Source of the DNA: Octopus bimaculoides | Lineage: Eukaryota | Assembly (NCBI RefSeq): GCF_001194135.2 | Contig: NC_068981.1 | Coordinates: 2,845,575 to 2,909,574 of the forward strand | Length of the DNA: 64,000 bases | Direction: 5' to 3' | Shown: piece after piece, positions 38,958 through 52,698 of the stretch | How positions within the stretch are numbered: the first letter of the stretch is position 1 | Layout: each line of letters begins with the position of its first letter | Notes under the pieces: model-generated | Seen by the model: the letters and a program-made list of their open reading frames with translations, nothing else | Told to the model about the DNA's origin: nothing | Databases searched by the model: none | Program-made: the position numbers and the translations under genes

Positions 38958-39115
38958 ATACAGGAGTGACTGTGTGGTAAGTAGTTACCAACCACATGGT
39001 TCCGGATTCAGTTCCACTGCGTGACACCTTAGGCAAGTGTCTTCTACTATAGCCTCGGGCCAACCAAAGCCTTGTGAGTGGATTTGGTAGACGGAAACTG
39101 AAAGAAGCCCGTCGT

Positions 39116-39160
<45 letters not shown>

Positions 39161-39363
39161 TGTGTGTCCGTGTTTGTGCCACACCAACATCGCTTGACAA
39201 CCGATGCTGGTGTGTTTACGTCCCTGTAACTTAGTGGTTCGGCAAAAGTGACCGATAGAATAAGTACTAGGCTTCCAAAGAATAAGTCCTGGGGTCGATT
39301 TGCTCGACTAAAGGCGGTGCTCCAGCATGGGCACAGTCACATGACTGAAACAAGTAAAAGAAT
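38958..39363 (+). mobile_element. tRNA-derived SINE, family B, near full-length young copy (others e.g. 1-340, 8275-8600, 20421-20850, 28290-28620, 32500-32890, 38150-38610, 38729-38900, 49337-49690)
   Basis: A/B-box-like head, CORE-like ACCTTRGGCAAG segment, internal (TA)/(TG) microsatellite, conserved 3' half; CpGs largely intact; more than 10 copies in the window. Confidence 0.85.
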
Positions 39364-42300
39364 GTTATAAAAGCAGATCACTTAAAAACAAGAGGTTTCT
39401 ATTGAAAAAAAAGAGGGGCACATCTCAGGGTTGGTCTCAAAAAGGGTTGCAATCAAAAGGGCCAAACATAAAAGGCCTATAAATTCCAAGTCAATGCTGG
39501 ACGTGAGGCAAAGCCACTGACAGGGCAGCAATCTGTTTTTTACTTGCTTCAGTCATTGGGTTGTGGTTAAGCTGGGGCACTACCTTGAAAGGTTCAGTCA
39601 AGTCCACTCCAGTAGTAATGCTTCAAGTCTGGTACATATTCTATCAGTCTCTTTTGCTGAGTCGTTAAGTCACAGGGATGTAAACGAACTTACACAGTTG
39701 TCAAATGATGGGAAGGGTGGATACAAACAGAAAGAAACACAAACATACACATATATGGGCTTCCACACAGTTTCTGTGAACCCAATTCACTCATAAGACA
39801 TTGGTTGGCCCAGAGCTATATTGGAAAGTGTATGACCAAAGTGCCAAGCAGTGGGACTGAACTGGAAACCCCACGTTAGTGAAGCAAGCTTCTCAATCAC
39901 ACAGGTATGTCTCTGCCTTTGAACAAATATTTTATCAACACATATTTCTATGAAACAAATAAGGCCAGTTGCCAATCACATCAGACAGTCTCAGAGTGCG
40001 ATTACGTGAGCGCCATATATCAACAATCCAAATACTAAATCATTTCTTAAACAACTTGTCCTTGCTTTATTTTACTTGTGACATTCTCTATTCAAATTTC
40101 AACAGTCCGTTCATTGCAGAATGACATTTGTTGTACTTAAGTGTGTGAAAACTCACCTAAGATCACTCACTCTAAATATCAACTTCTACATTCAATACAA
40201 ACTTCCAGTACAATTCTTCCAATGATAAATAATTCCTTAAATATGGAGGAGAAAAACTGACAAAGTTTTGTCAAGTTCTTTGTTAAATGTCATTCATCTA
40301 CATTTGATATCTTACACAATGAAGTTAGTTAGTCATTAGGCTAATTATAAACCAGTCACTTAGCAACCAATTTTAATAATACCCATTGAACTAAAACAGG
40401 GGCTCCCAACCTGGGGTGCCCACACCCGCTGGGAATGGAAAGTGAGATGGCATTTCAGGGGGTATGGCAAAGAGGCAAAGTACATGTACAGGGGTGATTA
40501 CAACTATTATAAACTGTGTTGATCTTTTATACTGCAGATGTTTAATCGAGTGCTATAATAATAATGAGGATATTGACGTAAGTGGTAGTTAAGTAGTTAA
40601 GCCGAACAGTTAGTATTCTATATGCAGTAATCAAAACTAATGTTCTTAGAAAGCATAAGGATTACACTAAACAAAAACATATTATCATCTTAATTTTAAC
40701 AGCATCATACTTACATTATGAGTGTTAATATTTATCTGCAAGGCAGCAAGCAGGCAGAATCGGAAGCACACTGGGCAAAATGCTTAGCAGTATTTCATTG
40801 GTCTTTATGTTATGAATTCAAATCCTTCAAAGGTCAACATTGCCTTTCATTTTTTCAGGGTCAAATGCTGGGGTTGTTGATGGAATCAATTTATCCCCTC
40901 CCTCAAAATAGTTGGCCTCACACTCAAAATTTGAAATCAATATTTATCTGTTAGTCTTAAAACATCACCTCCATTTCTGAATGACTGTTTCCTCAAATTT
41001 GCACACAACTCCAGGTCCACCAAAGACCCCCTGGGTTAAATCAGACTGGATTCAAAAGGAAAGATGAGGTTGTAATGGAATGGTTGAATTTTTCCTTTCT
41101 CCATTTCATGCTAATTGTTACTATCTTCTCTCCCCACCAATCACAAACACACTCGTTTATCTCTCTTGTGTAACACTATATAGATATTGTATATTGTAAC
41201 AATGTAGTTATTAGGCCTCATTTAAAAATCCCATTTTCAAAAGGTTAGCATGCAGTTTCACAACCACAGGCAGTAGAACCTGATCTTTCTCTGTTTTCCA
41301 TCTAAATTTGTTTCCACTTATAAAAATATTCAGTTATGCTCTATGAATTGGACTTGATTTCTATAATGGTTGAAATAATATCTACAGCTCCTGCTTTCAA
41401 ATGATCTCATTTGGTACAACAGACCTTGCACAAGATGGATAGATGCCAGCTGCTAACGTTCAGGAGAAGAATTATCCCTTTTGCTCCAACCTCCTGAAGA
41501 CCTAAACTCCAGTACCTGAGCATAACTAAGTGACTCAACTAGTTTATATCATTATCATCATCGTCATTTAACATCTGTTGTCCATGCTGGCATGGGTTGG
41601 CCGTTTTGACTAGAGCTGGCAAACTGGAGAGCTGCACCAGGCTCCAGTCTGGTTTGGTATGGTTGCTACAGCTGGATGCCCTCCCTAATGCCAACCACTT
41701 TACAGACTGTGCTATATATGTGTGTGTGTGTGTACATATGTATATATATGAGAGAGGGGGAGGCAGAGAAGCACAGGCAAGGCTGCATAGTCAAGTTCAC
41801 TTTCCAACCACATGGCTTCGCATTCAGTCACTGCACAACACCTTCAGCATATGTCTTCTACAGTCCTTAGCTGACCAAAGCCTTGTCAGTGCATTTGGTA
41901 GGTAGAAACTGAAAGAAGCCTATCACATGCCTGCATGTGTGTCTACACATTTACTCACCTTCCAAAATCTGAGTAAGAAGCAGTAAAGTTGTTAGTTCTT
42001 CTGACAACAAATTATTTGCCATCTTTGTAATTGGGAAAATGGTTGAAAAAACAGGTATGGGCTAGCAATAAGAAGGACATAAAACAATGCATGTAAAGCA
42101 ATATCTTCTTCATCTAGTCCAAGCTAGCACAGAAAAACAGACATAAAAATTAATGAATTCATGGAGTAAAAATTGATTAATTATTACCACTGGTGTTTCA
42201 TTACCAATATGCCACTGAAATATCCAACAGACAGACAGACAGACAGACAAACTGGAAGCAACATGACTGAAAATAATGGTTGTGTCCAGCCCAAACTATT

Positions 42301-44019
42301 GAAGTTGAAGAAGGTCACAGTTTTATAGATAATTACTTGACGAAGAATTGTATGACATTAAATGAACATCATCTAAATGAGTGATTTTCTTCATCTTAAA
42401 GAAGTGGGGTGAGGGTGGGGTTATTCGGTGATTAATAGCATTTGGAATGGATCGTGAAATTAATTGTTACTCAATTGAATTTTATTTGAGTTGTTATCTT
42501 GCAGAGTGTAGTTCAGACTGCTATTCACGAGGCTGGTTTTTAATTAATAGAATAGAAATAGGGGAGGAGAGAGGAATTAATCGAGATCCAAATAATTTTG
42601 GCGCCATTGTTCTAAATTAGAGTTTAAAGTTTTAAAAGATGGTCTAATGGTCTAGAAAGCAATTAATGAAAATACATTAATAAGCTGAAAAAATATTTGA
42701 AAGTGGATTTCTCAAAGCAAAAGTTATTACAACACCAGCAAAAGATGATACTTAAAGTCGAATTAAAAAGTTCTCTCATCAATGTCTGAAGGACAATAAC
42801 TTATTGTTGCTTAGAAGTAGCTGTGATATAGGACTGGTTGGTCACAGATGATAACAGAAATGGACCACTTGTTCCCAGACAGCATTCTCTAGCAGCTGTT
42901 CTGATATGTAAATACTTCATACCAGCCTTCAGTGCAGGGCACTCCTTTCATTAGCTGTTGACTGGAGATCACAATTTTGGCATCTTCCAACAGAATCTCT
43001 CCTTCAAGGAAAGCAGGGAAGCAGCATTGAGACAACTAGGAAATGTTTTGTGTTCTTTTGAAATGCATCATGCTTCCCCACCACCACCACCACCACCACC
43101 CAATGTAAATGTGGCCACCAAAGTAAATGCAGCTGTAACCACTAACTATGTAGCATCAGTTACTGAGCGTTTGTTCTTTGCACTTAGCTTTGGTCTTCCT
43201 CTCGCAGGTGTTTGCCATCTTTGATTAAGTATTCTCTGCTTCCATCTCCAATTCACGAACCATTGCCCACCTCTCATTAAATCCAGGTAACTGTAAAGGA
43301 ATTGCTGAATCCAGTTGCAGGCTTAAAAACCCAAGACTTTCCACCTCAACTGCCATCATCGTCGTCATCGTTTAACGTCCGTTTTCCATGCTGGCATGGG
43401 TTGGACAGTTCGACTGGGGTCTGAGAAGCCAGGAGGCTGCACCAGGCCCCAATCTGATCAGGCAAGGTTTCTACAGCTGGACGCTCTTCCTAACGCCAAC
43501 CACTCCGAGAGTGTGGTGGGTGCTTCCGGCATGGAAGCCAGTCAAAGCTGCACTGGTATCAGCCACGTTCGGATGGTGCTTTTTACGTGCTACTGGCATG
43601 GGGGTCACAACTACAATTTCCATTTGATATTGATGTTGATGTACTTGACTCAATAGGTCTCCTCAAGCATGGCATGTCGCCCTACGATCCAAGGTACTTT
43701 TGAGTGGGCTGGTTATGCGACACTGGTGTAGGTTCTAATTAGCTTCCCAAATTTCCAAATAAACTGGTTTCAAATTGCAGGTGTAACTGCTCCATATTGT
43801 TTGGAGTATTGACTTCTGTAGAGAAGGAAAAGAGCTAGCTGTGGTGCTTAAGGGCATTCGAATGTAAGTAGAATGAAGTTGGAAACTGGACACTTGATTT
43901 AGTCTTGGCAGCATGTGAATTAGTTTAGTGGGTTTTGTTTGTGTGTTACTAATGTCAGGGTTCAGGCACGAGTTGGATGGTTCTTCCTGTAATTTCTCTT
44001 TTGCTTCCACAAGTTTCAA

Positions 44020-44060
<41 letters not shown>

Positions 44061-44372
44061 GACCCTTGAATTAAAGTTGCCATTATATATCAAAGTTTAA
44101 AAGGTTATCTAAATACGTGTGTGTGTGTGTGTGTGTACAGAGAGACAACAGTAAGAGAGATGGCTAGATGAATGGATAGATACATGGCTAGAAAGACAGA
44201 TGGCTACATAGATATTGCTGAAGGAAACTGTCATCCTCCTCACATGTATGATATTCTGAGATGTGGTACAGGTTTTATAAATAGGGAGTAATCTCCCTTA
44301 TCAGACATTGTTAACAGTGCACGACAGGAATTGTGAGGGGACACAAACGGTGGCCTCGTGGAATGCACAGGG

Positions 44373-44440
44373 GATGTGAGGTTCCCTCTGATGTGAGGTT
44401 CCCTCTGATGTGAGGTTCCCTCTGATGTGAGGCTCCCTGT
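44373..44440. repeat. 17-bp tandem repeat x4
   Basis: GATGTGAGGTTCCCTCT three times identically, plus one variant copy. Confidence 0.95.
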
Positions 44441-45027
44441 GCTACAGCAGAACTCCGACATTGATACACATGACATTTGTTATGGTATGCCTTCTACAGA
44501 TGATATTATCCAGACAGCAGTGTAGTTGGTCGTTACTCATTGACTTGAATCCACTCCTACAGCAAAGAAGAAATCCTAACATAAGACAGTCTTTCCTGGG
44601 CTGGCAGCATAACAAATTACATCTAGCACACTGCGTAAAGTGGTTGGTGAAAGCAAGGGCATCCAACCATGGAAAACTTGACAAAATAGAAAGTATGATC
44701 GTGATGTAACCCCTGGAAATTACATCTTGAGCTACAGGTCTAAACAGGTAGTAACTCAAAATAAGAACTGACACAGGATAGAGGGGGGGGGGTTACCTCT
44801 TCTCACTTGAAGAAACATACACTCTAGGATATGCTAGTGGTTTGATAAAATATATCCAGTCCACACTCTGCAGGACATGCACAATGCACATCATCAAATT
44901 CAACCAGTTTTATCTGCTGCTGTGAAAGTGAAAGACGATGCAGACTCTGACAACCCACCCAACATAGGCTGGTAATGATAACAATGGTGGTGGTGGTGGT
45001 GGTTGGCATCAACATGATGATCATGAC

Positions 45028-45274
45028 CAGTGGTTCTCAATTGGGGTCCACACAACCCTTAGTGGTCCACATAAGAATTTGTTAAAATTCTTGTGCAATA
45101 AATTGGTTACACTTCTAAAATACACAAAATATTCTAACAATTTTCTATACAATCTCTAATAATATTTAACTATATAAATAGGATTTTCTTTTAAACATCA
45201 AATGGCTATGGGGGGTCCAGTTGAGTAAAAATAGGAAAAGGAGTTCACAGGCAAAAAATGGTTGAGAACCACTG
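45028..45274. mobile_element. hAT-like MITE, full length
   Basis: 13-bp TIR CAGTGGTTCTCAA / TTGAGAACCACTG; 8-bp flanks ATCATGAC / ATCATGAT. Related partial copies near 16.6-16.8, 20.9-21.0, 46.6, 49.3, 50.0 and 62.3 kb. Confidence 0.85.
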
Positions 45275-45806
45275 ATCATGATGGTGGTGGTGGTGGTGTT
45301 AGTTGATATCAAGATGACAATAATGGTGGTAATGACGATGATGATGATGGAGGTGGTTGAGATGATGATGGGGAGGAGGCCATCATCATCATCATCATCA
45401 TGGTGATCATGATGATGGTAGTGTGATGATGATGATGTACATTTCAGTTTATTTGGTCAAGGAATGGGATTTATTGAAGAATAAAAAACCTATTTGCCAG
45501 CTGAAAGTAATTAGGCCCATTGGCTAAGTAAATAATTGATGGGTAATCATGAACAGTGGTAGAAACATTAACAAAAAAAAAAACAAAGAGAGAAAATCGT
45601 TAATAGCTTTGGCTGAGTCTAAAAGTTCAGCAGACAAAATAGAACTACAGCAATACTAGAATTAAAACACGCTACTAATAACAGTATTCTAGTAACTGAT
45701 ATATACTAATTATTGTTCCTTATATTCGCCAGACTTTTTACCACTATGATCACACACATACACATTCTTGCATGTGAATCAGAGCTTGCTATAAATACAC
45801 GCACAC

Positions 45807-45844
<38 letters not shown>

Positions 45845-46234
45845 AATTCATATTTATAAATCAAATCTGAACAGAGATACAATGCAATACAATGAATTTA
45901 AACAAGTTTCTCCCTTTAGTCATCACATCTCTGTTGAGATATACTGCCTTTGTTCCAGAAAATAATGTAGAATTTAGTGAAATATCTGTCATTATTAAAG
46001 CTGGTGTATGGAAATATAAATTAACATGGAATCTTGATGAAAGGAAGTAACTTATTTTTAACAGTGGAACTCAAAGTAGTTAAGGCTATAAATAATAGCA
46101 TATAGGATATTGGGCTAAAAAAAAAAAAAAAACCTATTTTTTTATCATTCAATGGGTTTTAATCCAACATTCCATACACTACTATTTATAGCTTTATCTT
46201 CTTTAAATTGCATTGTTAGAAATAAGTTATTTCA

Positions 46235-46273
<39 letters not shown>

Positions 46274-49200
46274 GTGAAGGTGCATCTTCTAGTGGTTAGG
46301 GTGCTGCACTTTCCCTGAGAACTATGTTAAGGGTACACCAACCTGTGGAGTGCTCAGACACTTGCACACTAATTTCATGAGGAGGCTGTTCCATTGATCA
46401 GGGCAACTAGAACCCTCTGAGTGCCAGTAAATGAAGAAGACACATGGCCCAGTGGTTAAGGAGTTGGGCTCACAGCCATAAGATCATGAGAGTTCAAGTC
46501 CTAGACCAGGTGGCGCATTGCCTCCTTGAACAAAACACACCACTTCACACTGCCTTTCAGCCCTACTCAGCGGAAAATAAGAACCAGCAAAGCATTGGAG
46601 CAGCTCTCTCTTCCTCTAGATCAGTGGTTCTCAATCATTTCTTATCTATGGACCCCTCTGATTATTGTTGTATTCTGGTGGAACCCCCACCTCCACCTCA
46701 TAGACATTTGATGTTTAAAAACTACCTGCATAGAAACTTCCTTCAAAATCTCTATTTTGTTTCCCACACATTGACTTGTGTAGGTTGAACTATGTAAAAT
46801 GTTAGGGAAAGAAACCCGGCTGTTTCTTGCAATATGTACCAATACATACTTCTAAAGCAAAATTTTTTCAGGGGCCTCTCAAAATACTATTCTTTTCTAC
46901 TCTAGGCACAAGGCCTGAAATTTTGGGGGAGGGGGCCAGTCAATTAGATTAACTGCAGTATACAACTGGTACTTAATTTATCAACCGCAAAAGGATGAAT
47001 GGCAAAGTCAACCTCGGCAGAATTTGAACTCAAAATGTAGTGGCAGACGAAATACTGCAAAGCATTTCGCTCCAAAACTTTTATATGACCCAAGGGTCCA
47101 AATGGCCCCTGGTTGAGAACAACTGCTCTAGATGTTACATCCTCAATGTTCCATTGGATCAAAGGTGAGACAACTGACAGGTTGTCTCTGTCTGCTCACA
47201 ACTACATGGGCACCTTAAAACATTTAGCGAAAGTGTACTTGCCACCAGGTCATATGCACATGCAAGTGACAGCCAAGCTTAATGAAGAACACGCAAAGGC
47301 TCGTACCACCAAACAGTTGGTCAGCTCTGGCTGCTGGAACAGAAACTAACACGACACTGTTGGAAGGCAGGTTTAGAGAGGGCGCGGGCTAAGATTATGC
47401 GTCCTTCCACCAGTGGCACGTAAAAAGTAACTACTATATTCTCAAAGGGGTTGGCATTGGGAAGGGCATTCAGCTGTAAAAACACTGCCAGATCAGATTG
47501 GAGCCTGGTGCAGCCTTCTGGCTTGCCTGCCCTCAGTCAAACTATCCAACCCATGCTAGCATAGAAAGCAAACGTTAAATAACAACGATGATGATGATGA
47601 TGTGAAGCAAACTTATTAACCACACATTCATACCTGCATCAAATAAATATTATTTAAGTATTTGACCTTGTCCTCCTCTGATCAAATCCTAGCAGAACCA
47701 ACTGTGGCTTCCATAACTCTAGATATCGGTAAAATAAATCACGGCTGTATCCCAACTATGTTTCTCTGTAAGAAATGACCTTGTTCGTAGTCAAAGGTGA
47801 TCAATATTACATAGTCTTGTGGTTATTAATAAGTATACAGATTAATAATAATTGATATTGATGGTAGGAGGGAGAGAGAGAGGGGGGGGAGAGAGAGAGA
47901 GAGAGGGAGAGAGAGAGAGAGAGAGGGAGAGAGGGAGAGAGAGGGAGAGAAAGAGGGAGGGAGAGAGAGAGAGGGAGAGAAAGAGGGAGGGAGAGAGAGA
48001 TAGAGAGAAAAGCCAACCAAAACCATTTAGATAAAATTACACACTATTTGGTGTTGTAGATGTGATTCTTAGATTCATTCTATTTAGAGATTTTTAAGAG
48101 TATTTTACGCACATGTTGGTTTTTATAATAACCAGCCAGTCTATATAGTTCCCCACTCCATCACATTTTGCTATTCATTTTGTACCCCTTGCCTACATCC
48201 ATTACCAGTCTTCTCAACTTTCCCTCCCTCATTAAGCTACATTTACTTGTTAAATATTTAAAAACATTAATCACTGCCAAATCTTTTGTGTATTGATGTT
48301 AGGAAAAAGCAGAGTTCTTTCTCCCTGCCAGAAGAGACACATGTTACAAAAGATACCATTAAAAACAAGTGATTAGTATTATTTTTTTTTTTTTTTTAAT
48401 GATAAATAGATAGGAGTCACAAATAAATGTACCACCGAAATGTTCTTCAATTACTTCCTGGAAGAGATAAATAAATATAGTTGCCCAATTCAAAAGAGAA
48501 AAAGAAAAAGAACACAAAGAAGAAAATAAAAATGGTTTGAAACCTTAAAAGACAAACACAGTGACTAAATGGTTAGATTGATAGATTTATGGTTCATTTC
48601 ACCAATTCCAAACCCTACCACAGACACCAATCATGTAATTTAGCTGGAATACAAGTATGAAAAAGTAGAAGGTAAATCTCACAGTAACCACAATCTATAA
48701 CCAGAGTTCAATTCTTATTTAATGTCCATATTCCATGCTGGCATGGGTTGAATGGTTTGAGAGGACCCTGTAGATCTGAAGATTGCATGGTGCCCCAATA
48801 TCTGCTTTGGCAGGGTTTCTACAGTTGGATGCCCTTCAACACGAGTGAGGATAATTAAGTAGCTTGCAAGACTAAGACCAGCTTCAACTGAGAAGGGCTG
48901 CAGTCAAGTTGGTGACCTTTTTTTACACAAGGAGATGAGGAGTTAAAGCATGATGGAAGTGGCCAGAACAGAATAGGTTTCTTGCTATACTGGAGCTACA
49001 AGGTAACTCACATTATAGAAGAGAGGGTGGGAGTGGCTGGGGTAGAACTGGTAAGACATGAAAAAAATAGTGATGATGAGGTGTCAAGATGACACCTTAA
49101 AAATAAAACAGTCTGACATTTTTCCTTCCTCTAAATATTTTAAAGAAGGTAGAAATCTCTACACACAAACACACCACACACTCCTTAAGAACTTGAAGAC

Positions 49201-50121
49201 AGTACAGAAGATCTGTAGGAAGTTACCAATTTATAATCCGGCTCACTGGTTATCAACAATTTTTTGCTTATGGATTCCACTGATTCTAGTTTTACTCAGG
49301 TGGATCTTGTAGCTATTTGATGTTTAAAAAAATCCTAGGCATGGTCATGTGGTAAGAAGCTTGCTTCCCAACCACATGGTTCCAGGTTCAGTCCCACGGT
49401 GTGGCACCTTGGGCAAGTGTCTTCTACTATAGCCTCAGGTTGACCAAAGCCTTAGGAGTGGATTTGGTAGATGGAAACTGAAACTAGCACGTCATGTGTG
49501 TGTGTCCTCACCATCATCTGACAACCGATGTTGGTGTGTTTACGTCCCTGTAACTTAGCAGTTCAGCAAAAGAGACCGATAGGATAAGTACTAGGCTTAC
49601 AAAGAATAAGTCCTGGGGTCAATTTGTTCGATTAAAGGCAGTGCTTCAGCATGGCCACAGTCAAATGACTGAAACAAGTAAAAGAATAGAAGAAAATTTT
49701 TATGCTTAAATATTATTAGGAATTGTATTAAAAAAATTGTTAAAATATTTTGTGTATTGTAGAACCTCCTGTAAGGTTCATATACAGTTTTTTGGCGTTC
49801 ATGCAAGCAAAGTAATAAATTAGGTTGGGGTGGGGGTTTACACTAGTATTTTAGGGGTCCAGATGTATTTATCACAAGGAACAACTAGGTTTCTTTCTTT
49901 AATGCTTGACATAGTTCAACATTACTCTAACCACTGAACCATGTTCTCTCAGGGGATGTTATTGCACACCTACACAAGTGAATGAGTTGAAAACAAAATA
50001 GCAATTTTGAAGGAAGTACCTATAAAGCTAATTTTGAAACATCCGACTGGCTACGGGGGTCCACTGGAGTAAAACTATAACCAAAGGGATCCATAAGTAA
50101 AAAAAATGGTTAAGAACCAGT

Positions 50122-50350
50122 TTAACCCTTTCGCATTTAAACTGACCATATCCGGCCAAAAGTATTCTGCTTATTCTATATTCAAACTGGCCAGATCTGG
50201 TCTCTCACACTAACCCTACAATATCGTTTTAAAAATTAACAGCTACCTCATCAAAATCTCATAGCGACGAGATAATGCATGATTAGTTCAAAATAATGTG
50301 GATAAAAAAGCATTAATTACGGCAGAATAATGTGAACACTAAAGGGTTAA
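50122..50350. mobile_element. piggyBac-like MITE (family P2)
   Basis: TTAA-CCCTTT...AAAGGG-TTAA; homologous to 61037-61255. Confidence 0.8.
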
Positions 50351-51448
50351 TGCACATCATTTTTAACAACACAGGGTTACACAGAACCCCAGCTGAGAAC
50401 CACTGGTTTAGCCAAAACTAAGACCCAAATACAGCATTCACAATATTATAGCATTGCCTATTTAATATGCCTGCTGTGTTATGCTTTTCAAACTGTTTGT
50501 CATGCTGCCACCGCTACCAATTAACATGGTTACCAGTTCAACATGAGGGGACTTAATTACTTGCTTGAATAAGGTTTTTGGAGGTAAAGAACCTCATGTC
50601 TCTATGCTTTTACTTGGGTGAATACATTACTGCAGGACTCCAGACACATCGAAAATACTTTTCCAACCAGGCTGCAGTAAAAGACGCTCCAAGATGACAT
50701 GCCACATTATTGAAAATGGTGCCACCTTATTGCAACAGACTCTTTTAACCACCACCAGGCCATGCCTGTACCTACATTCATAATATGCCCATAACTGGAT
50801 ACTCATGCATGCATACACCTATACACTACATACATGCACATATAGATCTACATACATGTACACGCATACATACAACTGCATATACATGAATACATACATC
50901 CACACTTGTACACACAAACACATTATCTGGATTTATAAGGCAGAGAGTTACGACAATTCCCAATCGAACGATCTTCTCTTCATTGTTGTTTCAAGTTACA
51001 TTTAAGAGTTATTTAAATGCAAACAACAGAGACACCTAGTTTTAGTGGGTCGGATAAGTGAAAGACAACAGAGGTACACTCAGCCTATTGTACCAAACAA
51101 TTGTCACCATTAAACCAGATAGACCAAGGAAACAGTAAGTATATTATTGGTATATTAACCTTAGAGGGGCATCAACAGTGGTAGCAGCAGCAGCAGCAGC
51201 AGTAGTAATGTTTATCATCTTACCTGCAATGACAAAAAGAGAAAAAAATACAGTTTAACAAAAGGAATATTTGCTAAGATATTTTTAAAAAAAAAAAGCA
51301 AAAACACAATCGATATTTCTAAGATTGGCAGAAAATTTTTTTCAAATTTCTCAAAATTAACTTTTAACATTTTGAGTGGAAAGACTTGCAAGAAAACATT
51401 TCTGATCTCGATCTGAAGCATCTCTCTCTATCTCTCTCTCTCTCTCTC

Positions 51449-51491
<43 letters not shown>

Positions 51492-52190
51492 TGTATGTGT
51501 TCAATGCATGCCAGCATGGAAAAAGAGATGTTAAATGATGATAATGTGTGTGTGTGTGTGTAGTTTAAGAAGTTCATTTCCCAAGGCAGGGAGCTGGCAG
51601 AATCGTTAGCACGCCAGGTGAAGTGCTTAACAGTATTTCATCTGTCTATGTTCTGAGTTCAAATTCCACCAAAGTCGACTTTGCCTTCCATCCTTTTGGG
51701 GTCGATAAATAAAGTACCAGTTGCATACTGGGGGCGATGTAATTGACTGGCCACCTCCCCCAAAATTTCAGGCCTTGTGCCTAGAGTAGAAGAGAAGTTC
51801 ATTTCCCAACCACATGATTTTTGTGTTCAGCCCCAGTGTGACATTGCAAGCAAATGTCTTCTACTCTAGCCCCTGCCCAACCCAAGCTTTATAAGTAGAT
51901 TAGGTTGACAGAAACTGAAAGAAGCCTTATGTGTGTGTGTTTGTATGGGTTGTGTGAGGGTGCATAAATTGTATGCATTTCTTTCTCTTGACATTGTGTG
52001 ATAGATGTAAAATGAGCATCTCAATCATGAAGAAGCTGCCATTCTAATATTCTGCGAAAACATGTCTGGTAATACAGAAATATTACCTCACAAGTGAAGG
52101 TTGGCAATCGGAAGGGCAGCTGACCATAGAAAATCAGCCTCAATGAATTCCATCTAACCAATGCAAGCATGCAAAAGCTGATGTAATACA

Positions 52191-52395
52191 TTAACCCTTT
52201 CATGACTAATTATTTTGAGATGCTCTGTGTTTCTTTCAATTACTTTAAATATAACAAAGAATTTAGTAAGATAACTTCAGCTAGAGTTAGGAACATAAAT
52301 TGTGACTAAGGTTTGGTGGAATATTTTAATTTAAAACTTATGAAAATGAGACATTTGTACTCAGAGCCAGAGCTGGTTGGTAACAAAAGGGTTAA
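52191..52395. mobile_element. piggyBac-like MITE (family P1)
   Basis: TTAA-CCCTTT...AAAGGG-TTAA, with the TTAA target duplication intact. Confidence 0.8.
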
Positions 52396-52664
52396 TGTTG
52401 TATGTCATTCGTTTAATATTCACACAATTCAGACAAAATTTGTTGAGGGAGGATTTTGATAGTGGGATACTTTTTTTGTGACCAACCCTACCCATTTCCA
52501 TATAAGTTAATATTTACCCTAGTCCTTCTAATAGAAACTGCACAATGGTTGGACATGTTTTCCAGAAGATTAGCAAATGAATAACACTGCTTGTACTTTG
52601 ATGACACCTATTTACAATCTATGTGCAATATCAAGACACGACATGAACACACACACACACACAC

Positions 52665-52698
<34 letters not shown>

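Noticed and set aside
43150-43330. Minus-strand WKQRILNQRWQTPARGRPKLSAKNKR, reminiscent of a Tc1/pogo DNA-binding linker
   Set aside because: Only a short motif; no TIRs or catalytic domain recognisable.
43641-43723. HDV-like ribozyme fold on the minus strand of a family A element (7-bp P1 GUGUCGC/GCGACAU with G-U at position 1, nested P3, CAA before a GUAC P2)
   Set aside because: L3 lacks the conserved U20/C22 and cannot form P1.1; a competing hairpin sequesters the putative catalytic C; the segment looks like RTE 3' sequence rather than a 5' end. Needs a covariance test before being claimed.
43735-44022. 95-aa minus-strand ORF in unique sequence
   Set aside because: No ATG start, recognisable domain or flanking splice sites; the weak resemblance to a LINE endonuclease N-terminus is not supportable.
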